DNA of 64,000 bases from Mobula hypostoma (lineage: Eukaryota), in assembly GCF_963921235.1 (NCBI RefSeq), contig NC_086109.1, positions 37,140,001 to 37,204,000 of the forward strand, given 5' to 3'. Positions 38,376 through 50,570 of the stretch are shown in pieces; position 1 is the first letter of the stretch, and each line of letters starts with the position of its first letter. The translations under genes and the position numbers were made by a program. The notes under the pieces are model-generated. The model was not told the origin of the DNA, made no database searches, and saw nothing but the letters and a program-made list of their open reading frames with translations.

Positions 38376-41300
38376 TGTGATGGTATTGGGTTTGCTGAGT
38401 ATGCAGTTCTGAACTCAAACAAAGAGCATAAGCCCTATGGGATATATATACCACAAGTACTCTCACTATATGAGATTATGCTGTATCTACCCAATCTTCA
38501 AAGACTAGTTTATTTCTCTGGTTATTCTCCATGGTGAGTTTAGCTACCTATACCCATTAATTCAGTGGTGGGTCCCCTCTCCCTACCAAGGAAAAGATTC
38601 TTTCAGCTATGTCGTTACTTTAAAACACAGTTCACTTATTTTTGGTGATGCAAATTCAAATTCAAGCAACATTCTTAAAACAGATTTAAAACTCACAGAG
38701 GATTTCTATCTTAAACATTTCCAAAGTACAAATCATTCTAAAACAAAAAAGGTGGACAATTTCCAAAACACAGATACAATTCCTAAAAAACTAAAAAGAC
38801 ATACCAATGATATAGATGAACAAGTTGTCCCTCACAGAAATCGAAGCCAGAGGAATGGATTCTCGATCACTTCATGTTTCTTCCACATTTTTTGATGTTT
38901 CTTATCCAATTCCAAGTAAGCCTAAACTGCTGTCTACACTCAAACAGTTTCCCTCTCACTTCCGAGATTTCACAAGTATGTGATATTTCCTCAAATACAC
39001 TTTAAACACAAAATGTCTAAAAGGTATTTTAAGACATAAATCTCACCTAATGCTGCAAAACTAACTTCCTGGAGGTCACAAAACTCGCAATTATAAACAC
39101 ATCAGTTATTTAATATGCTAAATGATTGTATCCATCTGGTGTGCAAGCTTCCTTGAACTAAGCAACTTAGTCAGCGTTGTCTCTTTTGAAACAAGCCATA
39201 TAAATCGCCCATTGGCTTATGCTACACTTTGAACAGCAATAAAGCAGGAAGAGTCAGCTACACTTCACTCGTCACAGAGTGCCTCCTATATACAAAGCTT
39301 GTTTGCAAAGCTATGTTTATAACTTCAAGCTGATTACTGCTTTCCATTTACATTTTAAGAACGGAAGACTAGCTCTTATTTATGATCGGAAGTAAAATAA
39401 TACATATAGTTGGAAGTTTACTTATATCTCTTTGATCTTACAAGTGGCAGCTACTGTGCTTAGAAAGCAAGCTCCTGGGAGCAGGTTATCATTCCTCCAA
39501 TTGTTCCCATAGGTTGCCAGTGCTAGAACGGCTGTCTTTGATCTAATGTTCAAAGCACTCAAGTACTTCCCAATTTAGAGCATTCAGTTCTTCAATCTCA
39601 GCTGCATACATTTCCCAAAACTTCAACGAAATGTAACTATTATAACTTTCCATAAGCAGGTGACAACAATGCAGCCACGCCCATATTAGTCTACTATCAA
39701 GATAATCTTCCCCCAAAAAAGATTCCTTCCATTTCCTTGATGCAAGTTTAAATCACTGACTCTGTCACTATTAGTTCATCAGGTCACCTGGCAATGTCTT
39801 TCTATAAACTAGAGGTAGCTCATCTCTTTCACAGGGGTGTTCACGTTGCTTTCAATGTGGTGCACAACTTTACTCAGGCTTTCTGAAAATGAGTCCTGTC
39901 AACAAGTTACTGATTATGTATTGCTGTTTTCTTTTGCCTAAGGATTAGTACCCTCATATTTAAGTTAAAGAAAATTATATCAACCAGTTACATGATTTCA
40001 CAGTATAATAATAAACATAAAAATGAAACATCTACAAAAATAAGGAAGAACACCATTCTCCTGTTGAGAATTCTCTCTATACCTTTGATTACAAGCTCCC
40101 AGAAAAAGATGTCAGAACATAGGTGTTACTTGTATATATCTCTCACATGGGAACGAACATGCTCTGGGCATAATTGTTCAGCTCCTCCCCCTTTACTTTG
40201 TTATGTAGTGAACTTAACTGAGAAGAATTGATGTCATCTTCCCAACTTATGTGTTTTTCTAGAAATCTTTAACTGATTCAGTCAGTTCTGTCAAACCATG
40301 GGATTTTATCAACCAAATATACAAATTGTTTTAGTAACATTAAACATAACATTGACTAGCAGTATTGACAGGCTTCGTGGTCCTCCTTGTTGTATTGTAA
40401 GAATACCACTTACACAGTATCTGCTTGTACCCAAATAGTAAGTAAAAGACATTCAAATAGTTCTTCTTTGTGATCATATAACACTTCATCAACCTCGACA
40501 GCTCTAGGGTTACATCTCTATTTCTGAAGAAGTTGCAACAGAATAGGCGAGAAAGTTATCAGGACTATAGCATTCCTCAGAGGTAGCTTCCCCTCCTCTT
40601 AAGTCTTTTTTACTCAATACTCAACATAATGCTCAAAATATAGTAAGATAGATGGTTTTACAAGTCAAAGGAGTAAACCATGATAGTATAATGCCATCAT
40701 TACAAAGTTACCTATGTTAGAAAGTAAATATGTAATATCCAAAATAGGTAACTAAAAATAATGTCTGTCAACTCATTTTTCCATGGGATTGTGTTATTAG
40801 ACCAATTATTTGCAACAGATACTCCCCAACTCTGAGAAACATGCAACATTAGGATCAGGATTAGGGAAAGGAGATGAGCAAAGATAATGTGATCAAGGTA
40901 GTCCCGGTTCTTCACTCTTCCAGGATTCAAGACGGAGGAATAGGTAAAGAGATGAATATGAGGCAAAACAGTATAACTGAAATAATCCATAGTAAGGTGG
41001 GTTAGGTATTGGAGTTAACAGTCTTAGGAACGGAGCCGTTATACAAAAAGTAGAAGTCAGATTTCCCAACTTGCAGGATTCAAGGACACTCCAAACAATA
41101 ATTCATGGCTAGGGGAATTGTCCATTGAAAAACTGCAAAAAGAAATCTTCAACCTGATTTATAGTAGTGGTCAATCTAGGCAGAAACTGCATTCACTGCT
41201 GCTGAAGCTAAATTTGCAACAGCTGTATAAGCCTTAGCTATCATTTCAGCTCAGGGGCTTAGTAGAGGAAACTTGTAGAAGAGGTGCCTTACTCATCTGA

Positions 41301-41885
41301 TTGTGTCAATTCAGTTACTCTTGTAATGTGGAGAGAATATTTTTTTTAATTTGACCGAGTTTCTTCTAGCCAATGTTGAAGAATTTCAAGTCCTTCTTGA
41401 ACATTCTTTTGATGTATCCATCTTAAATCCTTCATTAAAACTGGACTTGCAATTCTGTCCTGAGATACACAACAGATATTAAAACAACAAATGACTTTAA
41501 GAGCTATATCCTCCATAAATCTTAAAAAGTGGTTGATCTTCGAATAGCAGTATGACTGAACAAGTTCTGTCATCAGAAATTCCCACCTCCCAAGTGAACC
41601 AAAGGAGAGTGAGCACTGTCGAGGCATGGCTGTAAAGCAGTCTTGCTGTAATATATATATTTTTTTAAATGATGAGAATTGTTTAGGGCCAGTTTTTTTT
41701 CTGCTTCTTGATGATAGCACCATGTGACCAATACACATCAATAATTGAAGGCTTGTTTGTGTATGTAACATTGTGTACTCAGGAAGAAATGTGTAACTCC
41801 AAAATTTAGCATTATCAATTGGTCTCCAACAATAAAATTTGTCAAAGGCTTGTTTCCCCACTTTCAACTTGCAATTGAAGTCTAT
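38376..41885 (-). pseudogene. Decayed coding segment of an unknown protein, copy 2 (longer and less interrupted)
   Basis: Inverted homologue of 7918-10936; protein-like frames such as LIWAWLHCCHLL..FWEMYAAEIEELNALNWEVLECFEH and IWLVSKETTLTKLLSSRKLAHQ; a 173-codon open stretch at 41346-41867 (the extension beyond about 40520 is inferred). Confidence 0.55.
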
Positions 41886-43431
41886 CTGAAATATAATTGT
41901 ATTTGGAAGGAAACCAATAATTCTGAACTGATTTTCATTGTAAGGTATTAGTCACACCACAGCATGAACTATTCATAACTGTTTAAGGGCAAATAGGAAA
42001 TCTGGGTATATACAATAAATAATCCACGGGACTAAAATTGCTTAAAAAAAAAGCTAATTGAATGTATGTGTTTATGTGTTTCAATTAATAAAGGAGGAAA
42101 ATATTTTTGTTTTATTTTAGCTTCACGAAAACCACCACCATTTCTTTGTTTATAAGTCCACACATATACAGATTTCCACATTGGTACCAAGGCGATGAGA
42201 AATAACATTAATAAGAGTTGATGAATATGTTTGGGAACATGACTGGTCCCTTCAGAATTCCTTCAGCATCAAATGGAGGTGTGGTGCAAACTCTAAACAG
42301 TCATAGGTCCGAAAACTTTATGGGAAGTTTGTACAATATTCCTTTCACCCTCATCACGTCACTGAAACCCAGCTAATGAACAAAGCTTTTACTAAATACA
42401 GAAATGTTGAGATGTGACCACTCAGGGAGGTGTCAAGCCCTGACATCACAAGGCCACTGTGACACGATTGGGGCACATCACAATGAGATGCAGCATCACC
42501 ACAGGGTTTAATCTCTGGTTACCTGGAAACCTGTGGTATTCCTGTGGAAATTTCAATAGAAGAGATTTAAATCTCATTTATTGGGAGGCAAAGTTAAGGA
42601 GGTAAGGAGATCCCAAATAGTCCGAAATGGGGAAAGGATGCATAGTTTATCTATATTGATATGTCTTGACGAAGTGAAGCTCCCTGATAAAGTAAGTTTG
42701 GGATATGTTAGTTATAATGTACGAGCTCATATTCCACCTCCACTTAGATGTTACCAATGTCAGAGATTGGGGCATGTTGCTGCAGTACGTTGTGGGAAAC
42801 TAAGATGTAGTAAGTGTGGTGGGGAACATGAGTATGAAGATTGTGAAGGCGCAAAGTTTAAACGTAATTGCAGAGGAGACAATAGTGCAGAAGACGTGAA
42901 GTGCTTAAGAAGACAACTGAAGTTCACCAGGTTAAGGTACAGTTAGGTATGTTTTATGTGGAGGCCTTGCAAAAGTTAAAATGAACGTTGATAAAGTACT
43001 ACCAGTCAGAGAACAGAATGTGAAGTCAGAGGGTATATGTCAGCACCATACTTCTCTTACTAGTGATACTTCACTAGCTGATAGAATGAAGTTTGTGATG
43101 TTCATAATGGATATTATGTTCAGACATCCAGTCGTACTGAGAAAAATAAAATCATTGTGTAAGCTGCGGAGAGATACCTGGGTATAACTGGTGTTCTGTG
43201 GGAAGCTGTAAATGAAGCTCTGATGGATGGGGTATCTAAATTTCAGTCTCCTTGTGAAGGTACAAGAACATTGTAGTAGAATGCGAACATCCTGATTTCT
43301 AACGGTCAAGACTTCAAGAAGTTTATTTCTGATTTATCAAATCTAGTTGATGTTATATGTATTGAGGAAACTTGGTTGTTACCACATTTAAGTTTTCTCT
43401 GGCAGGATTATATTGTAATTAAGCATGATAG

Positions 43432-44292
43432 TGTTACGTACCCAGTAACTGGGTTGCCAAACCAGCAGAAATGGATCACTCAGTTGGAGTCTGGAGTACT
43501 AGAACTAAGAAAGTTCTATAAAAGAAACAAGCAACACAGTAATCGAAAGGATAATAAATGCAACAGTTCAGCGATGATAGTCACACATGTGCACAGAATT
43601 AAGATCACAGCATCAATCAAGCTCTATCGTTGTCTAGGGGTAAATGACCAAATTTCAAAGTGACTCAAAATTCAGTCCAGTTTAGTAACTCAGTTCGCAG
43701 TAATCGTTGCCATGGCGATGGACAACTTGGGGGAAGAGAGAGATAGAACAGGAACAACTGATCATTCAGAATGGCTTCACTCACAGACCGGCGAGATGGC
43801 TCACAAGCAGCTTTTGGGCGGGTCCTTGGTGATGTCACCTGAGGTCACCGACTGTGACCCCTCCTCCAGATGCGGTCGATCCTCTGCAGTGAACCCGGCA
43901 CCCAGGCAAGGGCGGACACACACCGGGTTCCCGGTGATCGTACCTTTCCACCCTGGTCGCTGTCTGGTACTTCTCACCCACTCGTGAGAGGCGCACCGCT
44001 TCCAGGGTCTCGTTACCTCGGGTGGCGTGTGTGTCTGTCTTAGCGAACCTGTCCCTTTTTATCCCCCTGCTGGGGTATCGCCTGTCCATCACTTCAAACA
44101 GTTCAAGGTTCAAAGGAGGGAGCCGCCCCAGACAGCTCTCTCTCCCCCGTCCCTTCATTACACATCTCTAGACGCTGCTCCATTGTTCCTTATCTCTCCT
44201 TCCCCTGAGGGCAGGTGGCAGACCACTTGCTGATGTCACTGATGCTAACCCAGGCCAGCAAACATCTTAATTTTATGTGTATTCTCGTCACA
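43432..44292 (-). mobile_element. Solo LTR (861 bp), Gypsy-like
   Basis: TGTTACG...CGTCACA termini; 4-bp TSD ATAG at 43428-43431 and 44293-44296; strand inferred from a TATA-like motif. Confidence 0.85.
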
Positions 44293-45873
44293 ATAGATTA
44301 GTTGGTAGAAGATGTGGTGTTGCAAGTTTTAGGGATAGGACATAGAGTTGTGGATGTAAATGAAGTATATCAGGCACTTGTACTTGAAGTATTTGATTCA
44401 GCAGGTAGGGGCATTAAAGTGGTCAATTTTTACAACCCTTGTGGAAAGCTTTTGATTGATTTTTTGGAAAGTATATGTAGATCTAGCTCAGTAAGAGTCG
44501 TATAGTGTGGGGATTTCAACGCACATAGTTTACTCTGGGGTTGTTCACAGAATGATGGTAATGGTTTGATCGTAGGAAAATTTTTAGATGTTTCACATTA
44601 TGTGTGTATTATTGATGGGAGGGGCACAAGGTGTGATGTTCATAATAGTTCTGAAACTGCTACAGATTTAACTTTAGTCTTGAATATTCTGGCTGGAATG
44701 AGTGAGTGGGATGTCATGGGAGATGAAACACAGGGGAGTGAACATTCTCCTATATTTACAAGCCTGGGTCTGCATTTATATAGGGGACAGGAGGCCATTT
44801 TCAGGAGGTGGAATTTTGGTGAAGCAAATTGGGACAAGTTTAAGGTTATATGTGATATGTAGGCTGAATGTTGATAATGATGTTGCAATGAAAGGTTATC
44901 TCGTCAAACTGCGGTGGAGTGATTCCTATTTAAATGGCCATTAATAGGAGAAAGACTGTACCATGGTGGACTGAGGAGTGTTGCAGAGGCAATTAGGGAG
45001 AGAAATAAGGTGTTTAGGAAAGTTAAGAATTATCACTCTCTGAGTGACCTTATTAAGTATAAAAGGGCACGGACCGTGGTGAGGAAAGTAGTGAAGGTTG
45101 TGGTAAAGGTTACTGGAGGTCATATTGTGATAGAATTAGAAGGGATATTTATCTTGGAGACACTTTGGAGATGATTAAAAAATGGGGGGGGGGGTGGCGG
45201 GATTCACAGGGCTAATAACATTCCAGTGTTGATTGAAGAAGGTAATACAACTGTTACTGAAATAGAGAAGGTCATTTGCTGCAATTCATAGTCAAGATAA
45301 TTTAAGTGAAGAGGCTAAATAGTACAGGTCAGACAGCTCCAGGTAAGGATTAAAAATGTTATTGTATGTTTAAACATATGGTCAACAACTCTCTTGAGAT
45401 AATATTAAAATTTTTGAATCATATTTGGAGATTAGGCCATGTTCCCTCCTTGTGAAAAATGGTGGAAGCAGTGCCTATTCTAAAGCTTGGAAAACCCCTG
45501 TCAGATTCTTCTAGTTATAGACCAGTATCACTAAAGTCCCATTTGTGTAAACATATGGAAAGCATGATAATAGAGCAGTTGAATCATATTCTGGGAACTA
45601 AGAGGAGATATAGCACTTTATCAGAGTGGATTTCAGAAGGGTAGAATGACATTGAATTCAGTTTTGTGTTTGGAAGGTGATATTAGGAAAACACAGGTAA
45701 GTAAAGAAGTTGTAATAGCAATATTTTTTGAGAAAGGAAAAAGCATATGGTACATTATGGAGGGAGGGTCTTTTGATTAAATTATAGAAATTATGAGCAA
45801 CAGGAAGGCTATATAATTTTCTCAGAGTTTTTTTTTATTTAGACAGTCTATGCAGGTAAGTGTAGGGAAGGCA

Positions 45874-47356
45874 CAGTGCCTATAAAAAATATTCACCCCC
45901 CCCCCCCCCGAAGTTTACAACATGAATCACAGTGGATTTAATTTGGCTTTTTTGATACTGAGCAACAGAAAAAGACTTTTCTGTGTCAAAGTGAAAACAG
46001 ATCTCTACAAAGTGATTTAAATTAGTTACAAATGTAAAACACAACATAATTGAGCGCTTAAGTGTTCACCCCCTTCAAGTCACTATTTAGTAGATGCACC
46101 TCTGGCAGCAATTACAGCCTTGAGTCTGTGTGGATAGGTCTCTACCAGCTTTCCACAACAGGACACTGCAATTTTCCCCATTCTTCATTACAAAACTGCT
46201 CAAGCTCTGTCAGATTGCACGGGGATCATGAATGGACACACTTTTCAAGTCCAGCCGCAAATCCTCAGTTGGATTGAGGTCTGGGCTCCGACTTGGCCAC
46301 TCCAGGACATTAACTTTGTTGTTTTTAAGCCATTCCTGTGTAGCTTTGGCTTGATGCTTAGGGTCATTGTCTTGCTGGAAAGCAAATCTTCTCCCAAGTT
46401 GCAGAGAAGCATCCCCACAGCATGATGCAGCCACCACCATGCTTCATGATAGGGAAGGTGTGTTTCTGATGATGTGCGGTGCTTTGCTTACACCAAACAT
46501 GGCGTTTAGCCTGATTGCCAAAAAGCTCAATTTTGGTTTCTTCAGACCATAGAACCTTCATCCAGCTGACTTCAGAGTGTCCTACATGCCTTCTTGCAAA
46601 CTTTAGCCGAGATTTTGTGTGAGTTTTGTTTCAACGGTGGCTTTCTCTTTGCCACTCTACCATAAAGCTGCGACTGGTGAAGCACCCGGGCAACAGTTGT
46701 TGTATGCACAGTCTCTCCCAACTCAGCCACTGAAGCTTGTAACTCCGTTGGCCTCCCTCACTAGTCTCCTTCTTGCATGGTAACTCAGTCTTTGTGGATG
46801 GCCTGCTCTAGGCAGATTTACAGCTGTGCCATATTCTTTCCATTTCTTCATGGTGGACTTATTTGTACTCCAAGGGATCTGCAGTGACTTGGAAATTTTC
46901 TTGTATCCATCTCCTGACTTGTGCTTTTCAATAATCTTTTCATGGAGTTTCTTGGAGTGTTCTTTTGTCTTCGTAGTGTAGTTTTTACCAGGATACTGAT
47001 CCTCCTGCAGTTGGCACCTTCCAGAATCAGGGTGTATTTTTACTACAATCAATTGAAGCACCTCGACTGCAAAAATATATCCCCATTTAACCAATTATGT
47101 GACTTCTAAATTCAACTGGCCGCACCAGTGATGACTTGGTGTGTCATATTAAAGAGGGGTGAATCAAGTATTTTGTGTTTTATATTTGTAATTAATTCAG
47201 ATCACTTTGCAAAAATCTGTTTTCACTTTGACATGAAAGCCTTTTTCTCTTAATCAGTGTCAAAAAAGCCAAATTAAATCCACTGTGATTCAAAGTTGTA
47301 AAACAATAAAACATGAAAACTTATAAGGGAGAGGCGAATACTGTTTATAGGCACTG
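45874..47356 (-). mobile_element. Tc1-family DNA transposon, internally deleted
   Basis: CAGTGCCTATAAA...TTTATAGGCACTG termini, about 200-bp inverted repeats; [41 protein letters not shown] motifs. Confidence 0.93.
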
Positions 47357-48250
47357 CATATTTTGACCTCTATGAGATAGAGAATGGGGCCCTACAAGGC
47401 AGTATTTGTAGCCCTTTATTATTTAATATTGTGATTAATGATACTTTCTCTGAGATAGGTATTGGGGTGGGTAAATCACTTTTTGCAGATGATGAAGCTT
47501 TATGGATCAGAGGTAGAAATTTCGAAGTAGCAATATGTAGGATGCAATTAGCTATTAATTAGGTTGAACAGTGGACAAATAGATAGAGCTCATGCTTTCA
47601 GTGGCTAAAACACAAGTTAAATGTTTTACAAAAAGGATGAATAAGCCTGCACTTAGTTTGAAGCTATATAGTCAAACTCTTGAAGAAGTGTTCGTTGTAA
47701 GATTTATTGGCATATGGCTAGATAATCTGACATGGAAGCACCATATCAGTAAAATAATTGACAAATGTAAAGGGGCATTAAATATCCTTAGGTGTCTATA
47801 TGGGTATTCTTAGGGTGCTACACGAAAACCTCTGTTGAACCTTTGTTCAGTTTGATTGGTACTTGATTATGGCTGTGTGGCTTATGAATCAGCTTCATCT
47901 TCAAATTTAAAACATATGGATGTGATACAAGCACAGTCTTTAAGACTGTGTTGTGTTGTGTCCTCTGTTTCAGCTATACTGGTTGAAATGGGACAATTAC
48001 TCATACGGTTGCCAAGGCTGAGGTTGTTGTTAACGTACTGGATTAATTTGAGGGGGCAGAGGAATGAGCACCCTGTTAGAAATGTGTTGCAAGACTGTGG
48101 GACATCACAAGAAGAGTGTTTTTAGTTTTGGGTGGCTGGGTTCTTCTCATACTTAGATTATGGGTTTGCTGGATTATGCAATATGTCACATTGTATCTTT
48201 TTTGGTAACCTCATTGTGCTTTTTTCCAATGACTTTAGTTGATTTTAGGT

Positions 48251-48827
48251 AACACACATAAAAGTTGCTGGTGAATGCAGCAGCCCAGGCAGCATCTCTA
48301 GGAAGAGGTGCAGTGGACGTTTCGGGCCGAGACCTTTCATCAGGACTAACTGAAAGAAGAGCTAGTAAAAGATTTGAAAGTGGGAGAGGAAGGGTGCCCC
48401 ACCTCCCCCTCGTACCCCATCCATTATTTATTTATGTACACACATTCTTTTTCTCTCTCTCCTTTTTCTCCCTCTGTCTCTCTCACTATACCCCTTGCCC
48501 ATCCTCTGGGATTTCCCCCTCCCCCTTTTCTTTCTCCCGAGGCCTCCTGTCCCATGATCCTCTCATATCCCTTTTGCCAATCAACTGTCCAGCTCTTGGC
48601 TCCATCCCTCACCCTCCTGTCTTCTCCTATCAATTCGGATCTCCCCCTCCGCCTCCGGCTTTTAAATTTCTTACTAGCTCTTCTTTCAGTTAGTCCTGAC
48701 GAAGGGTCTCGGCCCGAAATGTCAACTGTACTTCTTCCTAGAGATGCTGCCTGGCCTGTTGCATTCACCAGCAACTTTTATGTGTGTTGCTTGAAATCCC
48801 AGTATTTGCAAATTTCCTTGTATTTGC
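48251..48827. mobile_element. Penelope terminal-repeat insertion in inverted configuration
   Basis: 48251-48394 is the reverse complement of about 48640-48788; 13-bp TSD GTTGATTTTAGGT at 48238-48250 and 48828-48840. Confidence 0.9.
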
Positions 48828-50570
48828 GTTGATTTTAGGTTGCATGATTTAATGAAGTCCTAGGATCTTGATATGCCTGAGAGTCTGTTGGTTCATCAAT
48901 ATGCTAAGGAAAATTATTGTGATATGTTAACCATTTTTACTGATGGATCAAAAGATAAGATGACTGGGAATGTTGGTGTGGCTGTAAGTTACAGGTAATA
49001 ATAAAGAAACGTCTTACTAAACATTTATCAGTACTGTATATACTGCAGAGCTGGTTGCCATCATTTTGGGCACAGTGGGTGAAGGAAATCAGTCCTTGAA
49101 AAGTTATAATTTGTTTAGGTTCGTTTGCATTTTTCACTAATCTTAAAACAGGTCATTCTAGCAGTAAGTCAGGTTTACTGCTGGAACCTCTTCAAACTTT
49201 ATTTCATGTTTAATGTATTAGTCTAAATGTCTGTTTCTTATGTGTCCCTGCACATAGAGGTGTTAAGGGGAATGAGCGGATTGATTGTTTGGCTGAGAAA
49301 GCTGTTAAAATTTAATTTGTGGATATAGACCTTCTACTTAGCAATCAGAAGATAAGCATATTGGTGGGGTTGAGAATTAGGGGGTTATGGCAAAGCTTGT
49401 GGGATAATGGGAATAAGGGGAGACACCTTTACAAAATACAAAAAACTGTTGAATAGATGGAAGAAGGGATAAATCAAGAAGGAAAGGAATTATATTGACT
49501 CGACTTACAATTGGGCATACTATACTTAATTATTCCTTATATCCCATTGGAAATCATCACTCTGGGGAGTGTAGGTTTTGTTATCACTACGAAACAGTTG
49601 AACACATTTTTTCTTTTACAATGTGAAGCATACAAGGCTGAAAGAAAACAATGCAGGCTGCACTAATAGCTTTGGGGGTTGATGGTTTTCAATTAAAAAC
49701 TTTACTAAGTTGTGGAAATGACTTTAATTTAATTCACAATATTGTCTATCAATATTTACAATCTTTAGGGATTTTGGGGGTAATTTAGTTTTCTTTTGAT
49801 AAAGAACTAGTAAGGGATTTATTTTCAAACTTGCTACACCACATTTCAGTCTAGTTGATGGTGGTAATGCACCTTTAAGTTGGAATGCCAACCATTAAAA
49901 GTCAGAAGAAGAAAAAGAAGATGTCCAGAGGCAGATATATGAAAACTGATATTATGGATTTTAGCTTATCTGCATAGATGGTTGAAAATGTCCAGTGACA
50001 GGTCGTTCAGGTGTTTCTGTTTAGGTTCCATAATTTCTTTTTTTTTTAATTTTATTTTTATTTGGATAAGGAGTTCACAATTATCATGTACTTTTTTCAC
50101 ACATATAACCTTTTCCATTTTTTTATATGTATAAAACTACAATTATTTATACATTCTTAAGTACACATTGAGATGATATAAAAGCAAAATAAACATTTAA
50201 ATAGATAATTATGTACTGCGGTAAATCTAACCTATTAGGCTAAGTAATGAAATTAGTTGTTAAGAAAAAAACCCTTCTGGACCATTTCCACTGGTCCAAA
50301 ATGTTGCATACAAGCCTATATACCAACCACTGTAGGTGTTTATATCCCAATTTGTTCGTGCTTGTTCCTGCCCGCAGACATAATTATCCAATCCCTATGT
50401 ACTTATTTACTTAATTTTTTCATTTTTTTTATCCCTTTCCCAAATCTTTCCCTTTACTTGTGTTAATTCTCTATTTTACAAAAAAAAAACAACAAACATT
50501 TAGACTAGGGGTGCTTACGTTAGCAATATTACTGTGTTGATGAGAAGAGCAATATAAATCATTAGGAGAA

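Larger units (their letters stand above)
42530..49922 (+). mobile_element. Decayed Nimb/I-group LINE (gag-like ORF1; APE-RT-RNase H ORF2) with three nested insertions
   Basis: PPLRCYQCQRLGH..CSKCGGEH zinc knuckles; ICIEETWL, GDFNAH; YRPVSL, QGSICSPLLF, LFADD; IFTDGSK, VPAHRGVKGNE; CxxC..ETVEH; (GAA)n tail. Confidence 0.88.

Noticed and set aside
38700..39600. Faint resemblance to TEX15-domain motifs, from memory
   Set aside because: Motif spacing does not fit and the match cannot be verified without a search
40930..41160. Hepadnavirus-like surface/polymerase overlap (LWIISVILFCLIF; VEDFFLQFFNG)
   Set aside because: No YMDD or other conserved RT motifs at the expected spacing
41842..41885. 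Terminal exon (D)RLQLQVESGETSL* with a PDZ-binding-like end
   Set aside because: Too short to support, and another frame stays open for 173 codons
42410..42510. Promoter-like cluster (TGACATCA, ATTGG, repeated CATCACAA)
   Set aside because: Short motifs with no independent support
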